DNA from: Pedosphaera sp.
GTDB lineage: Bacteria > Verrucomicrobiota > Verrucomicrobiia > Limisphaerales > SIBH01
Length of the DNA: 64,000 nt
Direction: 5' to 3'
Assembly: GCA_031414955.1 (NCBI GenBank)
Contig: JANOQV010000102.1
Span: 1 to 64,000, forward strand
Below, one piece after another: positions 26,991-37,336 of this stretch; position 1 is the first letter of the stretch; each line of letters starts with the position of its first letter. Both the position numbers and the translations under genes were made by a program. The notes below the pieces were generated by a model that made no database searches, was not told the DNA's origin, and saw nothing but the letters and a program-made list of their open reading frames with translations.

Positions 26991-27642
26991 AGCCGACACC
27001 GCGCACGGTATGAATGAGTTTCTGCGGGAACGGGTCGTCCACCTTCAAGCGCAGACGGCGGATGGCGACTTCCAACACGTTCGAGTCGCTGTCGAAGTTC
27101 ACATCCCACACCTGCTCAACGATGAGCGTGCGCGAAAGCGGTTCGCCTTGGCGGCGGACGAGCAGTTCCAGCAGCGAAAATTCCTTGGCGGTGAGGTCGA
27201 GTTTCGTCCCGGCGCGGAAGGCTTTGCGCCGGGGCGAATCAAGTTGCAGGTCGGCCACGCGCAGAACCTCGGCCTGCCGCACCGGCCCGCGCCGCAGAAT
27301 CGTCCGCACTCGCGCCAGCAGTTCGGTGAAGTCAAACGGCTTGACCAGATAATCGTCCGCGCCCAATTCCAGCCCCTTCACCTTGTCGTGAACCATTTCC
27401 CGCGCCGTGAGGAACAGCACGGGCGTCTGCTTGCCCGCCCTTCGCAGCGCCGTCAGAATCGACCAGCCATCGCATTCCGGCAGCATCACATCGAGGATGA
27501 TGAGGTCGTTCTCGACCGTGAGCGCCTGATGCAGCCCGTCGTCGCCACGCGAGCAGACCTCGACCGTGAAGCCGTTTTCCGAAAGCCCCTGCCGGAGATA
27601 AGCCGCCGTCTTGGCTTCGTCTTCAATGACCAGCGCACGCAT
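26965..27642 (-). CDS. Heavy-metal response regulator (CusR/CzcR-like, OmpR family)
   Basis: [35 protein letters not shown]. Confidence 0.93.
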   Translation of the reverse strand: MRALVIEDEAKTAAYLRQGLSENGFTVEVCSRGDDGLHQALTVENDLIILDVMLPECDGWSILTALRRAGKQTPVLFLTAREMVHDKVKGLELGADDYLVKPFDFTELLARVRTILRRGPVRQAEVLRVADLQLDSPRRKAFRAGTKLDLTAKEFSLLELLVRRQGEPLSRTLIVEQVWDVNFDSDSNVLEVAIRRLRLKVDDPFPQKLIHTVRGVGYVLEERAE

Positions 27643-27741
27643 GTTGTCGTCGAGAGTATCCATGCGCTGGCTGAATGACAAACCTGCTGCTTCGGGTCGA
27701 CAAGCTCGTCCCCGGCGGGTGCCCCCGTGTATTGTCTGGCG

Positions 27742-28278
27742 ATGAAGCTCTGGAAGAAGTTGCTGCTCGGTCTGCTCGCCCTCGTCGTGCTGTTGATGGT
27801 GGTTGGGTTCTTCCTGCCGTCACGCGCCCGCGTTGAGCGCGGCTTGAACATCCGGGCGACACCTGAAGTCCTCTTCCCGCGAGTCGCCACACTCACACGC
27901 TGGCCCGAATGGACAGCATGGACGACCAACCGCTTCCCGGACATGCGGACAAAATTCTCAGGAGCAGCGTCCGGCGTGGGCGCGGTGATGATGGCCGAGG
28001 GCAAGAGCAGCGGCGACGGCACCGTGACCATCACCCGCGCCGAGCCAGCCAAGGGCATCGGGTATGACCTCGACTTCGAGCACGGCACGCAACTCTTTCA
28101 CGGCAGCATCACGTTCAACACGACGAACGACGGGACGAAGGTTGTGTGGGTCGTCGAGACGGACATGGGCGCGAACCCGTTCAAGCGATGGGCCGGACTC
28201 GTGCTCGACAAACTCATGGGCGGCGACATGGCCGCAGGGCTGGGGAACTTGAAGCAGCAGGTCGAGTCCGTGAAGTGA
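27742..28278 (+). CDS. SRPBCC family protein
   Basis: N-terminal [23 protein letters not shown]. Confidence 0.8.
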   Translation: MKLWKKLLLGLLALVVLLMVVGFFLPSRARVERGLNIRATPEVLFPRVATLTRWPEWTAWTTNRFPDMRTKFSGAASGVGAVMMAEGKSSGDGTVTITRAEPAKGIGYDLDFEHGTQLFHGSITFNTTNDGTKVVWVVETDMGANPFKRWAGLVLDKLMGGDMAAGLGNLKQQVESVK

Positions 28279-28309
28279 GTCGGTTTCTGAGAATCCACAC
28301 CGGCACATT

Positions 28310-29359
28310 TCAATGCGTGTGCCGGTGATGAATGTCCGGGTAATGCGGATGCGTGTGGACAAGTTCCTCGTGATGGTGCCGGTGCGTGTGCGGTTCGCCG
28401 GGTGGGTCATCTGGGCCGTGGACGTGCTGGTGGTGTTCGTCGTGCGTGTGCAGGTGCTCGTGCTCCATCGGTTCGTGCTGGTGTTCGTGACCATGACGTT
28501 CAGTGAGATGGAGCCAGACACCGAGCGCCATGAGCACGGCGGCGGCGATGAAGCCAATGGTCAGCATGTCGCCCAAGAACAAAATGGAGATGGCCGCGCC
28601 CACGAACGGCGCGATGGAAAAATACGCGCCTGTCCGCGCCGTGCCGATGTGCCGGAGCGCCAGCACGAACAAGGTCAGACTCACGCCGTAGCCGAAGAAG
28701 CCGACCACGCCGGTCGCCAGCAGTGATGACGCGGCGGGCAGTTTCGCACCGAGCGCCAGTGCCAGTCCCGTGTTCACGCTGCCCGCGACCAGTCCCTTGA
28801 GCATCGCGATTTGCACCGGGTCGCCCGCTGAAACTTTGCGGGTGAGATTGTTGTCGATGGCCCATGCAAGGCACGCACCAACGATGGCCAGCGAACTCCA
28901 CGGCACACCCGTTGTCGGTCGGCCAGTCCACGACAGGCTCACTCCACCGGCGGCGATGAGCGCCATGCCGAGCGCGATACGACGGTCGAAGTTTTCCTTG
29001 AAGACGAACCATGCCAGCAACGCCGTGAGCACGCCTTCGAGGTTGAGCAGCAGCGACGCGCTGGACGCCGGAGTTGCGGCCAGTCCCCACATCAGCAGCA
29101 CTGGGGCAATGACACCACCGGCGAGAATCGCGCCTGCCAGCCAAGGCGCATCCTTGCGAGTCAGCGCCGCTTCACGTCCAGCCGTGTCACTGCGGCGCGA
29201 GCGCAGAAATGAATACACCGCCAGCCCGACGCCGGAGCCGAGGTAGAGCAGTCCGGCCAGCATCAGTGGCGTCATCTGCGGGAGCAGCGACTTCGCCAGC
29301 GGCGTGCTCGCGCCGAAAAGCAGCGCGGCCAGCAGTGCATAGAGAACGCCTTTGAACAT
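28310..29359 (-). CDS. DMT/EamA transporter with a His-rich C-terminal tail
   Basis: Two EamA repeats; tail ends HTHPHYPDIHHRHTH. Confidence 0.88.
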   Translation of the reverse strand: MFKGVLYALLAALLFGASTPLAKSLLPQMTPLMLAGLLYLGSGVGLAVYSFLRSRRSDTAGREAALTRKDAPWLAGAILAGGVIAPVLLMWGLAATPASSASLLLNLEGVLTALLAWFVFKENFDRRIALGMALIAAGGVSLSWTGRPTTGVPWSSLAIVGACLAWAIDNNLTRKVSAGDPVQIAMLKGLVAGSVNTGLALALGAKLPAASSLLATGVVGFFGYGVSLTLFVLALRHIGTARTGAYFSIAPFVGAAISILFLGDMLTIGFIAAAVLMALGVWLHLTERHGHEHQHEPMEHEHLHTHDEHHQHVHGPDDPPGEPHTHRHHHEELVHTHPHYPDIHHRHTH

Positions 29360-29397
29360 CACAGTGATACTCGCATGAAGATGCTTGCTCCGCACGC

Positions 29398-32300
29398 TTA
29401 CTCCACAACCGGCGCGGGGCCGGTGGAAGATGTGGCGGTCACACGCTTCTGCTTTTCGACCCAAGCGTAAAGCACCGGCAGCAGCACCAGCGTCAGAAAC
29501 GTGGAACTCAGGATGCCGCCGATGACGACCGTGGCGAGCGGCCTTTGCACTTCCGCACCCGCGCCGGTCGCAAGTGCCATCGGCACGAAGCCGAGCGAGG
29601 CCACGAGCGCGGTCATCAACACGGGACGCAACCGCGTGAGTGAACCTTCGATGACGGAATCGCGGACGGACTTCCCTTCTTCGCGAAGCTGGTTGAAGGA
29701 CGAAATCATCACGAGGCCGTTCAGCACCGCCACGCCACTGAGAGCGATGAACCCGACCGCCGCCGTGATGCTGAACGGCATCCCGCGCAGCCATAGCGCG
29801 AGGACGCCGCCGGTCACGGCCAGCGGGATGCCAGAATAAATTAGCAACGCCTGCCGCAGCGAACCGAAAGCGAGGAAGATGAGAACGAAGATGAGCACCA
29901 GCGCCGAGGGCACGACGACGGCGAGCCGGGTGCGGGCTTCCTGCAAATTCTGGAACTGTCCGCCGAACTCGACGAGGTAGTTCTCCGGGAATTTTACCTG
30001 CTCCTTGATGCGCTGTTCGGCGGCGTGGACGAAGCCTTCGATGTCGCGGGTGTTCAGGTTCACCATCAACGCGGCGCGGCGTTGTCCGTCGTCATGTTGA
30101 ATCGGCTCGACGGTTTTCAGCGTCGAGAACCCGACCAGCTTGCCGAGTGGAATGAGGCCCGTCTCGCCCACGCGCACGGGCAGTTTTTTGATTTGCTCGT
30201 CGTCCACTCGAAGTTCCTCCGGCATCCGCACGATGATGTCGTGGCGCTTATTGCCTTCGACCACGGTTCCGGCGAACTGCCCCGCCAGCGCGGCATGGAC
30301 GGCCTTGTTCACTTCTGCCGCTTGCAGCCCGTAGCGTTGCAGCGCGTCGTGGTTCACGTCGATTTGCAACTGCGGCGTGCGGCCTTCCGTCTCGAACTCG
30401 ACCTGTGCTGCGCCGGGCGTCTTCTCAAGGATGCCCTTGATTTGTTCAGCCAGCATTTCGAGCACGTCGTAGTCGTTGCCGAAAACTTTCACCGCCAGTT
30501 CCGCCTTGGTGCCTTCGAGCATTTCGTTGAACCGCATCTCGATGGGCTGCGCGAACAGGATGTTGTAGTCCGGGTTGATTTTCTTGAGCGCGGCCTCGAT
30601 GTGCTCGCGCAACTCGGCTTTGTTCTTCGGACGGCCCGGCGTCTTCGGCCAGTCGGCGAGCGGCTTGTAGAAAATGTAAACGTCGCTTTCGTTCGGCGGC
30701 ATCGGGTCAGTGGCGATGTCGCTCGTGCCGATGCGGGTGAAGACGCGGGTCAATTCTGGAAACTCCTTGGCCAGCATCCTCTCGACTTCGATGTCGGTGC
30801 GAAGGGATTCCTCCATGCTCATCCCGACCGGCTTGTAGAGCATCGAAGTGATGGAACCTTCGTCGAGCTTCGGCACGAACTCCGCGCCGAGCCGAGTGAA
30901 CAACCAGAGCGAACCAGCGAAGAGCACGACTGCCGCAACCACCACCAGCCAGCGCAGACGGAGGGCGAACATGAGCGTCGGTTCATAAAGCCGCTTCACG
31001 GCGCGAATCATCACGTTGTCCCCTTCGTGAATGTGGCCGCGCAGCAAAAACGAACAGAGCACGGGCATCAACGTCAGCGCCAGCAAGAGCGCCCCGGCCA
31101 GCGCGAGCATCACGGTGAGAGCCATCGGGTGGAACATTTTCCCCTCGATGCCGGACCGCGCGATAATCGGAATTTACACGACCGTGATGATGACGATGCC
31201 GAAGAACATCGGCGTGCCGACCTGTTTGCTGGCGGCGAGCACGGTCTTCATGCGCTCTTCCTCGGTGAGCGTGCGGCCAAGCTGGTGCTGTCGTTGGCCA
31301 AGCTGGCGAACGATATTTTCCACGATGACCACCGCGCCGTCGATGATGAGTCCAAAGTCAATCGCACCGAGGCTCATCAAGTTGCCGGAGATGCCGAAGC
31401 GAGCCATGCCCGTGAGCGCGAACAGAAACGAGAGCGGAATGGCGGTCGCCACGATGAGCGCAGCCCGCCAGTTGCCCAGCAACAGAAGCAGCACCACGAC
31501 CACGAGCACCGCGCCCTCGAACAGATTCGTTTTGACGGTGTGAATGGTGCGGTCGATGAGTTCGGAGCGGTCGTATTGAATTGTGATTTCCACGCCGTCC
31601 GGCAGCTTGGTTTGAATCTCGGCCAGCCGCGCCTTCACCCGCTCGGCCACTTCGCGGCTGTTCTGGCCCGCGAGCATCATCGCGGTGCCAATGACCGTCT
31701 CGTGACCGTCGAGCGTGGCCGCGCCGGTGCGGAACTTCGTCCCGGTCTTCACTTCGGCCACGTCCCTGACGAGCAGCGGCTTCACGCCCGCGCCGAACTT
31801 CAATGGCAGTCGGGCGATGTCCTCGGCGCTGGTGACGCGGCTGACGGCGCGGATGGTGAGTTGCTGCCCGCCCCGGCTGATGATGCCGCCGCCCGCGTTC
31901 TCGACGTTCTGCGAAACGAGTTCGGCCAGTTCGCTGAACGTCATGCCTACGGCTTCCAAAGCTTCGGGTTTAGGCTGGATGACGAACTGTTTCTGATAGC
32001 CGCCGCTCTCATTGATGTCGGCGAGGCCATGCACGGTGCGGAGCAGCGGCTTGATGAGATAGGTCTGGATTTCACTCAACTCGATGAGCTGCTCCAACTC
32101 GGTCGCGGGCTTGTTCGTCGCGTCCGCACGATACTGGACGTTGTAGTAAAGAATCTCGCCGAGTCCGGTGCTGATGGGCGCGAGCTTCGGCGACGCGCCG
32201 GTGGGCAAACGCTCCGCCACGCCCTGCAACCGTTCCGCCACAAGCTGGCGGGCGCGATAGATGTCGGTGCCATCGGCGAAGTTCAGCGTCACCTGTGAAA

Positions 32301-32568
32301 GTCCGAACTTGGTCAGCGACCGCATTTCTTCCACGCCGGGCAGACCGGCGAGTTCACGCTCGATGGGCTGCGTGACGAGCTTCTCCGATTCTTCGGCGGC
32401 GAGCGCCGGGACTTCCGTGTTGATTTGCACCTGAACGCCGGTGATGTCCGGCACGGCATCAATCGGCAGGTGCAACGCCGACCAAAGGCCCGTGCCAAAC
32501 AAAGCCACGGCGACCAACAGAACGAAGGCGCGTTGGCGTAGGGCGAACTCAAGAATGCGGTCAATCAT
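29398..32568 (-). pseudogene. czcA: CzcA/CusA-family heavy-metal RND pump with one in-frame TAA at 31174-31176
   Basis: LPIDAVPDIT, SLGAIDFGLIIDGAVVIVEN and RLRPVLMTA motifs. Both ORFs share a frame: ITVV*IPIIARSGIEGKMFHPM. Confidence 0.85.
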
Positions 32569-32589
32569 AACGGTGGATAAGTTTCGGGT

Positions 32590-33651
32590 TCACTTGGGCA
32601 GATGCCGCAGAGCTTGCAGGGCGAGAATGCAGCCAATGACGGCCAACACCGCGCAACTGGCGTATGGCAGCCTGCGAGTCAGCGGGCCGAGCCACGTCAG
32701 CTTCTTCGTGGCGTGCTTCACCGAAAGCGCGGCGAGCGTGCCGACGCCGACCAGCGTGAGCGCGAGTCCGACGCTGAACGCCAGCACGAGCGCGAAGCCG
32801 AGGGCGAACTCCTTGAGTTGCAGACAGACGAGCAGCACGGCGAAGGCGGACGGGCACGGCAGCAAACCGCCGGTCAGGCCGAACAGCACAATCTGCCATG
32901 TGGTCACGCGCCGGTTGGCGAAGCGCCGTTCGAGTTCGGCGGCGTGCGCGCGGGCGTGTTCGTCGTCGGGTTCACCGTCGGCGTGATGGTGCTCCGCGAA
33001 AACTGTCGTCAAGGTGCGGTCGCCTTCGGTGTCAGGCACGACGAGTGTGAGCGAAAATTCATGCGGCTCCGGGATGGCGCTGGTGGATTCGAGGAAGCTC
33101 TCCCGCTGCCGGAAGGCGAACGACTGCGTTGTCCCATCGGGCCGTGTGGTGACGAGCGTCACCCGTTCCGGCGCGGGCAGCGGCACGTCTCGGAAGCGAA
33201 GGCGGAAGCACGGCGGGATGCCGTCCTCGAAGATGGACAATTCCGCCGCGCCACTTTGCAGGGCGAAGACTCGTGATTCATCGCCGTGATGATGGTGAAC
33301 GTGCGGTGCGCCTTTTTCGCGGCGGATACGCCAGAACATCCAAGCCGCCATGACGATGACGATGAGTCCCGTGGCGAGTTGAAAATACGCCTCGGTATCC
33401 TCGACCTTGAAACGGCCCGCGTAGTGCAGGCCCACCAAGGCCAGCCCCCAGATGACCGCCGTGTGCGACGCCGTGGCGGACAGGCCGAGCAACACCGCCT
33501 GCCGCACCGTGCCGCGAATGGAAATGATGAACGCGGCCATCATCGTCTTGCTGTGGCCCGGCTCCATTCCGTGCAGTGCGCCCAGCAGCACCGCGCTTGG
33601 AACGAACAGCCAAGCGTGGCCGCTAGTCAGCAAATTTTGAAAAGAAGTCAT
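32590..33651 (-). CDS. rcnA: RcnA-like nickel/cobalt efflux transporter with an inserted soluble domain
   Basis: GALHGMEPGHSKTMMAA, SHTAVIW, HARAHA, GLTGGLLPCPSA. Confidence 0.85.
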   Translation of the reverse strand: MTSFQNLLTSGHAWLFVPSAVLLGALHGMEPGHSKTMMAAFIISIRGTVRQAVLLGLSATASHTAVIWGLALVGLHYAGRFKVEDTEAYFQLATGLIVIVMAAWMFWRIRREKGAPHVHHHHGDESRVFALQSGAAELSIFEDGIPPCFRLRFRDVPLPAPERVTLVTTRPDGTTQSFAFRQRESFLESTSAIPEPHEFSLTLVVPDTEGDRTLTTVFAEHHHADGEPDDEHARAHAAELERRFANRRVTTWQIVLFGLTGGLLPCPSAFAVLLVCLQLKEFALGFALVLAFSVGLALTLVGVGTLAALSVKHATKKLTWLGPLTRRLPYASCAVLAVIGCILALQALRHLPK

Positions 33652-33655
33652 GGCG

Positions 33656-35023
33656 TCATTTCTCCTTCTTGTCGGAAATGGTCAGCGGGAGCGGCAGACC
33701 AGTGAGCAGTTCAAGATTCTGACCCGCTTCCAGCGCCTCGCGCTTGGTGTCGAGCAGCGCCTCGACGGCTTCGAGATATTGCTTCTGCAACTCCACGTAG
33801 GTCGCGATGGGCACCGCGCCGAGCCGGTAGTGGCGGTCGGCCAGTTCCGCCGCCTTGCGGAATTCATCCGCCGATTCAGGACGCCACTTCGCCATCTCGC
33901 CGAGCTTGGTCTGATACGTGAGCGCGTTCTCGACCACGCGCCGCTCGATGTCGCGCTGCGTGACCAGCAGCGAAGTCTCAGCCTGCTTCTGCCGCGCCGT
34001 GGCCGTCTCGACGCTGCCCTTGTTCTTGTTCCAAAGCGGCAACGGCACCGAGACACCAATGCCGACTTGCTGCTCGCGGTCGCCCGCCCGCTCCTGCGAA
34101 AAATACGGCCCGACCGTGAACGCCGGATACTTCTCCTTCTGCGCCAGCGACACCTTGAAGCCCTGTTGTTCCAACTCCACACGGCGCATCTGCAACTCGA
34201 AGTTGTTCGTCTGCGCCGCCGCCAGCAGCGCGTCCATCTCCGGCGCGGCGGTGAACGCCAGACCCGCCGGTTGAATTTTCATCGCCTGCGTCCACGGCAC
34301 GCCGCGCAGTTGATTGAGTTCGAGCATCGCGGCCTGCGTCGCCAGCGTGGCCTCACTCGACTTGCGTTTGAGCGTGAGTTCCGTCGCCTCGATGATGCGC
34401 GTTTCTAGCAGCGGCGTCAGTCCAGCCGGGTCGCGTTGCACCATCACTTCGCGCAACTGCTGGAAACGGTCGGCCACTTCCTGCGCCGCCGCCGTCTTCT
34501 CCTGAGCGGCGAACAAAGTGTAAGCCAGTGTGCGTGTCCGCGCCGCCAGCGTGGCCTTGAACTGCGAGAGGCCGAGTTCCGCCACTTGCATCTGATGATT
34601 GGCGATGGCCTTCCGCAGCGGGATGCGCCCCGGCCATTCAATGGTCTGCTGCACGCTCACCGACCACGCCACGCCCTCGGCGGACAGTCCGCCGCCGCGC
34701 ACGCTCTTTTGTCCGAGCGTCGAGGACAGTTCGGGATTGGCCCACGCCGCAGCGGTGCGACGCTCGCCCTTCGCGGCGGCGATTTCAGCGCGGTAGAAGT
34801 TGAGTTCAGGATTGTGCTCCACGACATCCGCGACCAGCGCCTCAAGCGCGGTGGACGGCGCGTTGGTGCTGGCCGGTGACGGCTCCGCGCTGTTGGAAAC
34901 TGAGACGCCGCCCAGTCCGGTCAGCCACACGGCGACCAACCAGCGCGAGCAGGAAAGTTGAACAAAGATTCGATTCACAAATGCAAAATGGTTTCTCGCC
35001 TTGATGGAATCCGCCCGGAACAT
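33656..35023 (-). CDS. TolC/CzcC-family outer-membrane protein (start uncertain)
   Basis: HNPEL, ANPEL, SVPLPLWNKNKG; upstream of rcnA and czcA. Confidence 0.87.
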   Translation of the reverse strand: MFRADSIKARNHFAFVNRIFVQLSCSRWLVAVWLTGLGGVSVSNSAEPSPASTNAPSTALEALVADVVEHNPELNFYRAEIAAAKGERRTAAAWANPELSSTLGQKSVRGGGLSAEGVAWSVSVQQTIEWPGRIPLRKAIANHQMQVAELGLSQFKATLAARTRTLAYTLFAAQEKTAAAQEVADRFQQLREVMVQRDPAGLTPLLETRIIEATELTLKRKSSEATLATQAAMLELNQLRGVPWTQAMKIQPAGLAFTAAPEMDALLAAAQTNNFELQMRRVELEQQGFKVSLAQKEKYPAFTVGPYFSQERAGDREQQVGIGVSVPLPLWNKNKGSVETATARQKQAETSLLVTQRDIERRVVENALTYQTKLGEMAKWRPESADEFRKAAELADRHYRLGAVPIATYVELQKQYLEAVEALLDTKREALEAGQNLELLTGLPLPLTISDKKEK

Positions 35024-35100
35024 GGCTCCGCCTGCAAGGCACACAGGCAGAAATGGGCTTCACACGCCGAGCAATCAGCGTGTCGGAACAGGGGGAAGGA

Positions 35101-35538
35101 TTAGGCGAAGGGCGGAGCGCGGGGCTGTCGCGGGCCGGGCGGTGATTCGCCCGGTGGACGGATGCGCTCGAAGACAGGAACCGGTGGCTGCGGCTGCGGC
35201 TCAGAGACGAGAATTGAATTGACCGCAGGCAGAACGAAGACGGCGAGGGCCGACGCACTGGGCGCTTTCACCGACGCCGTGAAAGTCAGCGTGTGGTCAG
35301 AGGCGCGGTGCGGTGTGTGATGGTCAGAGTCCGCGTCATCGTCGCCATCATCATGTCCATCGTGATGCAACGCGGAGTCTGCGACCGAGGCCAGCGAGTC
35401 TTCGAGATGCCTCTCGGTCGCGAGATGGATGGGAATGAAACTGACGTAGAAAGCGAACAGCAGCGCGACGAAAAGACGACCCCACCAGCCCGCCGTATTC
35501 GGCGTGCAGCGTGAGTGAAATGAAGCGCGTGCGGTCAC
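35101..35538 (-). CDS. His/Asp-rich leader protein ending in a RAPP motif (start inferred at GTG 35538)
   Basis: One TM or signal segment; HHDGHDDGDDDADSDHHTPH; ends PPGESPPGPRQPRAPPFA*. Confidence 0.7.
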   Translation of the reverse strand: MTARASFHSRCTPNTAGWWGRLFVALLFAFYVSFIPIHLATERHLEDSLASVADSALHHDGHDDGDDDADSDHHTPHRASDHTLTFTASVKAPSASALAVFVLPAVNSILVSEPQPQPPVPVFERIRPPGESPPGPRQPRAPPFA

Positions 35539-35654
35539 AATCAACGAGGCGAAGGTATCTGCCCAGCCCGTGCAGCGTCCACCACCGAAATCGAAAACCG
35601 GGCCGAGCTTGCGGGACTTGACCGCAGAGCTTGCGTCGAACACATAGGGAGAGC

Positions 35655-36602
35655 ATGTCCTTCGACCGGAACCGCATGAAGCAGGCAGCCGCCTCGCTGG
35701 CCGAGCGCGGCGTCTACATCGGCACGTCGTCGTGGAAATATGCTGGCTGGCGCGGGTCGCTCTACGACGAGTCGCGCTACGTCTACAGAGGAAAGGTCGC
35801 GGAGTCGCGCTTCGAGAAGCAGTGCCTCGCCGAGTATGCTGAGGTCTTCAAGACCGTTTGTGTAGACGCGGCCTACTATAGATTTCCCGACCGCCGCTAC
35901 CTCGAAGGCATGGTGTCGCAGGTGCCTTCGGATTTCCTGTTCGGCTTCAAAGTCACAGATGAAATCACCATCAAGAGGTTCACCAACCTGCCACGCCACG
36001 GCATCCGCGCAGGCAAACCGAACGAGCACTTCCTGAACGCTGACTTGTTCGCTGCTGCGTTCGTCAAACCGTGCGAAGAGTTCCGCCAGAACGTCGGCCT
36101 GCTCATGTTCGAGTTCAGTCATTTCTATCCGACCGACTTCGCCCGTGGCCGTGATTTCGTAGACGCGCTCGACCAGTTCCTCGGCAAGATTCCGAAGGGC
36201 TGGCCTTACGGCGTCGAAATCCGAAACAAGACCTTCCTGCATCCCGATTACTTCTCAGTGCTGGCCAAGCACACCGTCGCCCACGTCTACAATTCATGGG
36301 CCGACATGCCGCCCGTAGACGAGCAGATGGCGATGGCGGGCAGCCTGACGAACCCTCATCTGTGCGGCGCGAGGTTTCTCCTGCGGCCCGGTCGGAAGTA
36401 TCAGGAGGCCGTTGACCTGTTCAGCCCTTACGACCGCGTGAAAGAGCCGAACACCGAAGTTCGTGCCGCCGGGGCCAAGCTCATCAAGGGAGGCGCTGCC
36501 GCCGGAAAAGAAAAACGGAAGACGCTCATCTACGTGAACAACAGAATGGAGGGAAATGCACTGGCCACGATTGAGGCGATGGTCGAGCAGGCCGAAGTCT
36601 GA
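35655..36602 (+). CDS. DUF72 family protein
   Basis: YIGTSSWKYAGWRG, LAEYAEVF, FGFKV, VEIRN, YVNNRMEGNA. Confidence 0.88.
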   Translation: MSFDRNRMKQAAASLAERGVYIGTSSWKYAGWRGSLYDESRYVYRGKVAESRFEKQCLAEYAEVFKTVCVDAAYYRFPDRRYLEGMVSQVPSDFLFGFKVTDEITIKRFTNLPRHGIRAGKPNEHFLNADLFAAAFVKPCEEFRQNVGLLMFEFSHFYPTDFARGRDFVDALDQFLGKIPKGWPYGVEIRNKTFLHPDYFSVLAKHTVAHVYNSWADMPPVDEQMAMAGSLTNPHLCGARFLLRPGRKYQEAVDLFSPYDRVKEPNTEVRAAGAKLIKGGAAAGKEKRKTLIYVNNRMEGNALATIEAMVEQAEV

Positions 36603-36658
36603 CTCGATTTCTTGCAACGACTCACTGAAACTGTAGACGAGAATTGATTCGCGGACGT

Positions 36659-36976
36659 ATGCCGAAGACGAAGAGGAAGCCCATCGAAATGCCCATCATG
36701 CCGGAGATGTGCGCGACGTGTCCGTTCCGGGAAGACAGGGACGGCGTGGACGAAGTTCGCACCGGCGTCATGCAGCGCGTGCTCAACGAAGGCAGCCAGA
36801 CCTGTCATTCGACCGGCATCGCCAACGGGGAACCGCACGACTCCCACCTGTGCCGTGGAGCCAGAAACTTTCAGTTGGAGGTTTTCGCCCGCATGGGCGT
36901 GATTGAAGAACCGACCGACGAGGCATGGGACAAGCGTTGCCAGTCGATGGGCTTGCTCAAGAGCGCAACTTCTTGA
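36659..36976 (+). CDS. Small Cys/His protein, possible Zn-binding
   Basis: CATCPF, TCH and HLCRG motifs; fills the gap between DUF72 and lexA. Confidence 0.6.
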   Translation: MPKTKRKPIEMPIMPEMCATCPFREDRDGVDEVRTGVMQRVLNEGSQTCHSTGIANGEPHDSHLCRGARNFQLEVFARMGVIEEPTDEAWDKRCQSMGLLKSATS

Positions 36977-37293
36977 AGCGGGGTGCGCGGTCAGAGCAAC
37001 CGTTCCACGACATCAGCCGGGCTGGCCGCAGAAGTGATGGCTTGCTGAATCCGCGTCAGGTCTTTGGCGATGCTGACTGGGAGATTGGAGGTCGCGGCGA
37101 CTGTCAGGGGGCTTCCCTTCCGGCGACGCGGCGGATTTTTTCTTCTGTGGTGAGTTTGCACCAATCGTGCGGCTAAATTCATACGTTAAATACGAGTCTG
37201 GTTCCTTCCAGCACGGCATCGCCGTGAACAGCGGAAATCGGTCGAAAATTGCCCCGACATCGTTTGGAACGCAAGCCGAGTTCCACGGATGGA

Positions 37294-37336
37294 TTGACAC
37301 TCCCAAAACGAGGGATACCGTAAGCCCTTACGGTAT
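37294..37336 (+). promoter_or_regulatory. lexA promoter with an overlapping perfect palindrome
   Basis: TTGACA at 37294 and TACCGT at 37316 (16-nt spacer); ATACCGTAAG-CC-CTTACGGTAT at 37315-37336 covers the -10 and the start codon. Confidence 0.75.

Noticed and set aside
28310..28500. GTG/ATG-rich low-complexity tract
   Set aside because: Explained by the His-rich tail of the DMT transporter on the minus strand.
37167..37334. 56-aa N-terminal extension of LexA in the ORF track
   Set aside because: The region contains the promoter and palindrome; LexA similarity starts at ATG 37335.
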